A DNA stretch of 64,000 nt from Bryobacterales bacterium (GTDB lineage: Bacteria > Acidobacteriota > Terriglobia > Bryobacterales > Bryobacteraceae), in NCBI GenBank assembly GCA_963818065.1, contig CAWFQW010000006.1:204139-268138 (forward strand), read 5' to 3'. Position 1 is the first letter of the stretch, and each line of letters begins with the position of its first letter. Under the pieces are notes generated by a model that saw nothing but the letters and a program-made list of their open reading frames with translations, was not told where the DNA came from and made no database searches. A program made the position numbers and the translations under genes. Of this stretch, positions 58,654 through 64,000 are shown piece after piece.

Positions 58654-59526
58654 TTATGCAATTGGCTTCGTCTGGTAATTTGGGCGGCTTAGGCGTCCGA
58701 ATTGCCACGCCATGACCGCTCCGCCCAATACTACTGCAAGTCTCGCGCATTCGAACCACGAGAATTTGCTTCCCGAACTCATTCGTTTTAGTACTTCCCA
58801 CCGCTGCGCGTTGGAGAGCGGACGCGCCTTTATCAGCTTGCGATAAAACTGGTAGCTGCGGCCATAAATGTACATTTTCTTGTACCACTTCCAAACGCTG
58901 GTAATTTCCAAGTGACGGATGACAACATCTGGGGAAAAACGCAGGATCCGGCACGAAAACCGATCGACCACCTGCCGCACGAAAATCGTGTCGGCGCCTC
59001 TGCCCAGCTCCACAAATGGACCGATGGCGTCTATGAGCGACCTGTCGGACCGCCATGTTGTTGGTATACCCGTAGAACGCGTGGCGGTCCGTTCCGGACA
59101 AGACGTAATTTGCCTTCTGCGCCTCATAGGCTTCCAGCGAACTCATCTGGCGCGATCGTCCTTGAAACTCACGCCTGCCCAACACAAGACCGACTTCGCC
59201 GCTCCGCATGATGGCGGCGATCTGCTGTAGCCAGTCGGGACGCGGCACACAGTCCGAATCGGTGAAAGCAATAATCTGCCCGCGGGCTTCATTCATCCCC
59301 AATTTCGGGCGGCATACGATCCTTGTTTGGGCTGGAACAGCAAACGGACGGACGGGTACCGCTTTACGATTTCGGCGGACTTGTCCGTTGAGTTATTGTC
59401 GATCAGGATGAACTCGCAGGCGCCTTCCGAGTACCGTTGACTGAGCAGTCCCTGGATGCAGGCCTCTACATGGTCCTCATTGTTGTAGAGCGGTACTATG
59501 ACAGAAATGTCGATTGCGGGGGCCAC
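58654..59526 (-). pseudogene. family 2 glycosyltransferase, 2 frameshifts
   Basis: ORF 59293..59778 gives ISVIVPLYNNEDHVEACIQGLLSQ...EFILIDNNSTD. ORF 58559..59302 gives GMNEARGQIIAFTDSDCVP. ORF 58654..59127 gives the C-terminal part. The start is uncertain: GTG at 59526 or TTG at 59577. The stop abuts the NDH-2 start. Confidence 0.65.
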
Positions 59527-59695
59527 TTCCTGATCTTTGTCGTCGATGGTGCCGCTCCCTTGGGTTATCCATGGCAAGGCGTTGATCGGCGACTCATCCT
59601 CGAGTATACAGCACCGACCTGCGAAGGGCGGCCAAGGAGTAACCCAAAGAATTGCATGGTTCCAGGGCAAGTCTATCTGCTTGAAAAGATTCCAC

Positions 59696-59724
59696 TTGAC
59701 GGTTGTATTGCGATTGGTGATAAT
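59696..59724 (+). promoter_or_regulatory. candidate sigma70 promoter of the isc operon
   Basis: TTGACG (59696-59701), 17 nt, GATAAT (59719-59724). It lies about 38 nt upstream of the iscR ATG, in an A+T-richer spacer. Confidence 0.4.
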
Positions 59725-59761
59725 GATATAGGACTGTTCCGGTCGGAGATCTGGATTCCGA

Positions 59762-60175
59762 ATGCTGAAGCTCACCAAAAAAGCGGACTACGGGCTCATC
59801 GCTTTGAAGCACTTGGCGGTGAATGCGCCGGCCAGTTCCAGCGCCAAGGAGATCGCCGAGACCTACGGAATTCCGGCGGCGCTGCTGTCGAAGATTCTGC
59901 AGAAGCTGGTGAAGAACGGCTTCCTGCGCTCCGAGCACGGAACCAACGGCGGCTACAAGCTGGCTCGCGATGCGCGCGAAATCACGGCGTACGAAGTGAT
60001 CCGCACCATCGACGGGCCGATTTTTCTGACCGCGTGCTTCACCGAGCACGGCTATTGCGTGCACACCGACAAGTGCACCGTGCGCGATCCGTTGCAGAAG
60101 GTTCACGAAGGAATCCTGCGGCTTTTGGCGAGCATCAGCATCTCAGATATGTCCGCGGATTCGTCGAAGAACTGA
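59762..60175 (+). CDS. iscR: Rrf2 family transcriptional regulator IscR
   Basis: [19 protein letters not shown]... is a winged-helix N-terminus. The Cys triad C-x6-C-x5-C ([14 protein letters not shown]) fits an Fe-S cluster. It is the first gene of the isc cluster. Confidence 0.85.
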   Translation: MLKLTKKADYGLIALKHLAVNAPASSSAKEIAETYGIPAALLSKILQKLVKNGFLRSEHGTNGGYKLARDAREITAYEVIRTIDGPIFLTACFTEHGYCVHTDKCTVRDPLQKVHEGILRLLASISISDMSADSSKN

Positions 60176-60272
60176 ATCCAAACCGGAAGACGAGGTGGCC
60201 AAATCGGCGCAGCGTTTGTACGATCTTTCGATCCCGCCGGCGCAGACACATGATGTGAATGAGGGACCGAGA

Positions 60273-61487
60273 ATGAAACTGCCGATCTACATGGACTATC
60301 ACGCGACCACGCCGATGGATCCGCGCGTGTTTGAAGCGATGAAGCCGTATTTCCTGGAGACCTTCGGGAACGCCGCCAGCCGCAATCACAGCTTTGGCTG
60401 GGAAGCGGAGGAAGCGGTGGAGAAGTCGCGCAAGCAGATCGCGAGCTTGATCGGCGCCACCGCCAAGGAGATCGTGTTCACCAGCGGCGCCACCGAATCG
60501 AACAATCTGGCGCTGAAGGGCGTGGCCGAGATGTACGCCGAGAAGGGCAACCACATCATCACGGCGGCCACCGAGCACAAGGCCATCCTCGACACCTGCA
60601 AGCGGCTGGAAAAGCACGGCGTGCGCGTGACTTATCTGCCGGTGCAGACCAACGGTCTGGTGGATCTGGAGCAGTTGCAGGCGGCGATCACGGACAAAAC
60701 GATCCTGATCAGCATCATGTACGCCAACAACGAAATCGGCGTGATGCAGCCGATCGCGGAGATCGGCAAGATCGCGAAATCGAAGGGCGTGCTGCTGCAC
60801 ACCGACGCGACGCAGGCGGTCGGCAAAGTGCCGGTGAACGTGATCAAGGACAACATCGACCTGATGTCGCTGAGCGGCCACAAAATGTACGGGCCCAAGG
60901 GCGTCGGCGCGCTGTATGTTCGCCGCAAGAGCCCGCGCGTTCAGATCACGGCGCAGATGGACGGCGGCGGCCACGAGCGCGGCATGCGGTCGGGCACGTT
61001 GAATGTTCCGGGAATCGTCGGGTTGGGCGAAGCCTGCGCGCTGTGCCAGGCCGAGATGCCGGAAGAGTCCAAGCGCATGGCGTTTCTGCGCGACAAGCTG
61101 CGCGACAAGCTGCAATCGGAGCTGGATGAGACTTACATCAATGGCACCATGGAGCACCGGCTGCCGAACAATTTGAACATCAGCTTCGCTTACGTCGAAG
61201 GCGAGTCGCTGCTGATGGGCATCAACGATATCGCGGTGTCGAGCGGCTCGGCCTGCACCTCGGCCACGCTGGAGCCGAGCTACGTTTTGAAGGCGCTGGG
61301 CGCCGGCGACGATCTGGCGCACTCGTCCATTCGTTTCGGCCTGGGGCGGTTCAATACCGAAGAGGAAGTGGACTACGTCGCGGCCAAGGTCATCGACGTG
61401 GTGAAGAAGCTCCGCGAACTTTCGCCGCTCTATGAGATGGCGAAAGAGGGAATCGATTTATCGAAGGTCCAGTGGGCCGCGCATTAA
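60273..61487 (+). CDS. iscS: cysteine desulfurase IscS
   Basis: ATG at 60273 after GAGGGA, within ORF 60195..61487. It carries [22 protein letters not shown] (PLP Lys) and SSGSACTS (catalytic Cys). Confidence 0.95.
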   Translation: MKLPIYMDYHATTPMDPRVFEAMKPYFLETFGNAASRNHSFGWEAEEAVEKSRKQIASLIGATAKEIVFTSGATESNNLALKGVAEMYAEKGNHIITAATEHKAILDTCKRLEKHGVRVTYLPVQTNGLVDLEQLQAAITDKTILISIMYANNEIGVMQPIAEIGKIAKSKGVLLHTDATQAVGKVPVNVIKDNIDLMSLSGHKMYGPKGVGALYVRRKSPRVQITAQMDGGGHERGMRSGTLNVPGIVGLGEACALCQAEMPEESKRMAFLRDKLRDKLQSELDETYINGTMEHRLPNNLNISFAYVEGESLLMGINDIAVSSGSACTSATLEPSYVLKALGAGDDLAHSSIRFGLGRFNTEEEVDYVAAKVIDVVKKLRELSPLYEMAKEGIDLSKVQWAAH

Positions 61488-61544
61488 GAGAAACAGAGCC
61501 GCGACCGTGAGGGAGCGGAAGGTAAGATAGAAGAGGACACCAAC

Positions 61545-61967
61545 ATGGCTTATTCCGACAAAGTAATCGACCACTACAACAACCCCCGCAACGTCGGCTC
61601 GATGGACAAGAGCGATCCGAACGTGGGCACCGGCATGGTAGGCGCGCCGGAATGCGGCGACGTGATGAAGCTGCAGGTGAAGGTGAATCCCGAGACCGGC
61701 ATCATCGAAGACGCCAAGTTCAAGACGTTCGGATGCGGCAGCGCGATCGCGAGTTCGTCGCTGGCCACCGAATGGCTGCGCGGCAAGACCGTGGACGAAG
61801 CGCTGGCAATCAAGAACACCGACATCGTCAACGAGCTGAGCCTGCCGCCGGTGAAGATTCACTGCTCGGTGCTGGCCGAGGACGCGATCAAGGCCGCCAT
61901 CGGCGACTACAAGCAAAAGGCCGCGGGCAAGACTGAAGCCGTTGGGTCGAGTGTCGCATCTAAGTAA
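61545..61967 (+). CDS. iscU: Fe-S cluster assembly scaffold IscU
   Basis: YSDKVIDHYNNPRNVG...GAPECGDVMKLQ...FKTFGCGSAIASSS...LPPVKIHCSVLAEDA. Confidence 0.95.
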   Translation: MAYSDKVIDHYNNPRNVGSMDKSDPNVGTGMVGAPECGDVMKLQVKVNPETGIIEDAKFKTFGCGSAIASSSLATEWLRGKTVDEALAIKNTDIVNELSLPPVKIHCSVLAEDAIKAAIGDYKQKAAGKTEAVGSSVASK

Positions 61968-62291
61968 TTGATGGTTACCGTAACACCCAAGGCCGTTGCG
62001 AAGATCCGCGAGCAGTTCGCCAAGCATGGCGTCCAGGGAGGGCTGCGCCTGGGCGTGCTGGGCGGCGGATGCTCCGGCCTTAGCTATCTTTTCAAGTTCG
62101 ACGTGAAGCCGCGGCCGACCGACACGGTCTACGAATTCGAGGACGTGAAGGTTTTCGTGGACCCCAAGAGCATGGTCTATCTGAACGGCATGACGCTGGA
62201 TTGGAAGGACTCGCTCATTCACTCCGGCTTCGAGTTCGACAATCCGAACGCGAAGAAAAGCTGCGGCTGCGGAACGTCTTTCTCGGCGTGA
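61968..62291 (+). CDS. iscA: iron-sulfur cluster insertion protein (IscA/HesB family)
   Basis: 107 aa with GGGCSGLSY and a C-terminal SCGCGTSF. Confidence 0.9.
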   Translation: MMVTVTPKAVAKIREQFAKHGVQGGLRLGVLGGGCSGLSYLFKFDVKPRPTDTVYEFEDVKVFVDPKSMVYLNGMTLDWKDSLIHSGFEFDNPNAKKSCGCGTSFSA

Positions 62292-62855
62292 CCGGACTAC
62301 TACGCAGCTGCTCGGCATTCCGCGCAGTCTCAATCTTTCGCTCGACGACTCTGCAGACAGCGCTATTACGAGCTGAGCCGCGCAGCTGCATCCCGATCGA
62401 TTCATGCAAAAGCCGGAAGCCGAGCGCCAGCGGGCGCTGGATATGTCGTCGGCGCTGAACGACGCCTACCGGACGCTGAAGGATCCGATCAAGCGCGCGC
62501 AATATTTGCTGGGTCTGGAGGGCTTCGACATCGGCGAGCAGCGCTCGAAGGACGTGCCGCCGGAGTTGCTGGAAGAGGTCTTCGAGCTGAACATGGCGCT
62601 GGAGGAGATGCGCGGCGGCGACGATTCCGCGCGTCCGCAATTGGAGCAGGCCGAGAAGAATTTCACGGGCATGCTGGCCGAGTCCGACCAGGAGCTGCGA
62701 GCGCTCTTTGTGACAGTACGATGCCGCGCAATCGCGCGACGTGCTGGCCCAAATCCGCAATGTTTTGAACCGCCGCAAGTACATCTCAGAACCTGGTCTC
62801 CGAAGTCCAGAAGACGCTCGAAGCCAGCCACCAGCAACCAACCACCAGCAGCTAA
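62288..62855 (+). pseudogene. hscB: Fe-S co-chaperone HscB, at least 4 frame changes
   Basis: A GTG at 62288 overlaps the iscA stop. Pieced across all three frames it reads ...YYAQLLGIPRSLNLSLDD...RYYELSR..LHPDRFMQKPEAERQRALDMSSALNDAYRTLKDPIKRAQYLLGLEG (J-domain HPD) ...LRALF...RDVLAQIRNVLNRRKYIS...LVSEVQKTLEASHQQPTTSS*. ORFs 62201..62458, 62404..63057 and 62741..63136 each carry a part. Confidence 0.75.
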
Positions 62856-62859
62856 CGCC

Positions 62860-64000
<1,141 letters not shown>

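Overview
High-G+C, densely coding bacterial chromosomal segment. I recognised no rRNA, tRNA, CRISPR array, IS element or integrase. The gene content resembles Acidobacteriota/Planctomycetota-type soil bacteria (inference): a DUF1552/DUF1592 pair, a carboxypeptidase-regulatory-like outer-membrane barrel, an ECF sigma/anti-sigma pair, an FHA-GAF-PP2C protein and many multiheme cytochromes. Housekeeping genes present are accD, rlmH, recA, an HU gene, tatA, ugd, iscR-iscS-iscU-iscA-hscB-hscA, two glycogen enzymes (GH57, GlgP), an M20 dipeptidase and a molybdopterin oxidoreductase. Three things stand out. (1) A ~17 kb redox island (41.8-58.7 kb). Its core is a tightly packed operon of four genes: a NuoE/F-type NADH module, an Fe-S protein with two embedded cyclic-nucleotide-binding domains, a His-rich 5-TM protein, and a membrane-anchored decaheme cytochrome. 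This operon converges on a second operon encoding an OM barrel, a small anchored protein and a ~1200-aa decaheme/LVIVD beta-propeller protein. The island also holds a c554-like cytochrome, a secreted tandem-GlcG protein and a type-II NADH dehydrogenase fused to another cNMP-binding domain. (2) A 975-bp two-gene cassette of tandem paralogs of unknown family sits at the 3' end of lctP. It is flanked by 57-nt direct repeats that both encode the LctP C-terminus. (3) There are many clustered frame disruptions (at least 30), affecting even recA, hscBA, lctP and the giant cytochrome, while several ORFs longer than 2 kb are intact. This most likely reflects consensus errors, but at least one locus also carries a nonsense codon. 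Disrupted genes are reported as single pseudogene spans, with the ORF-track fragments named in the evidence.
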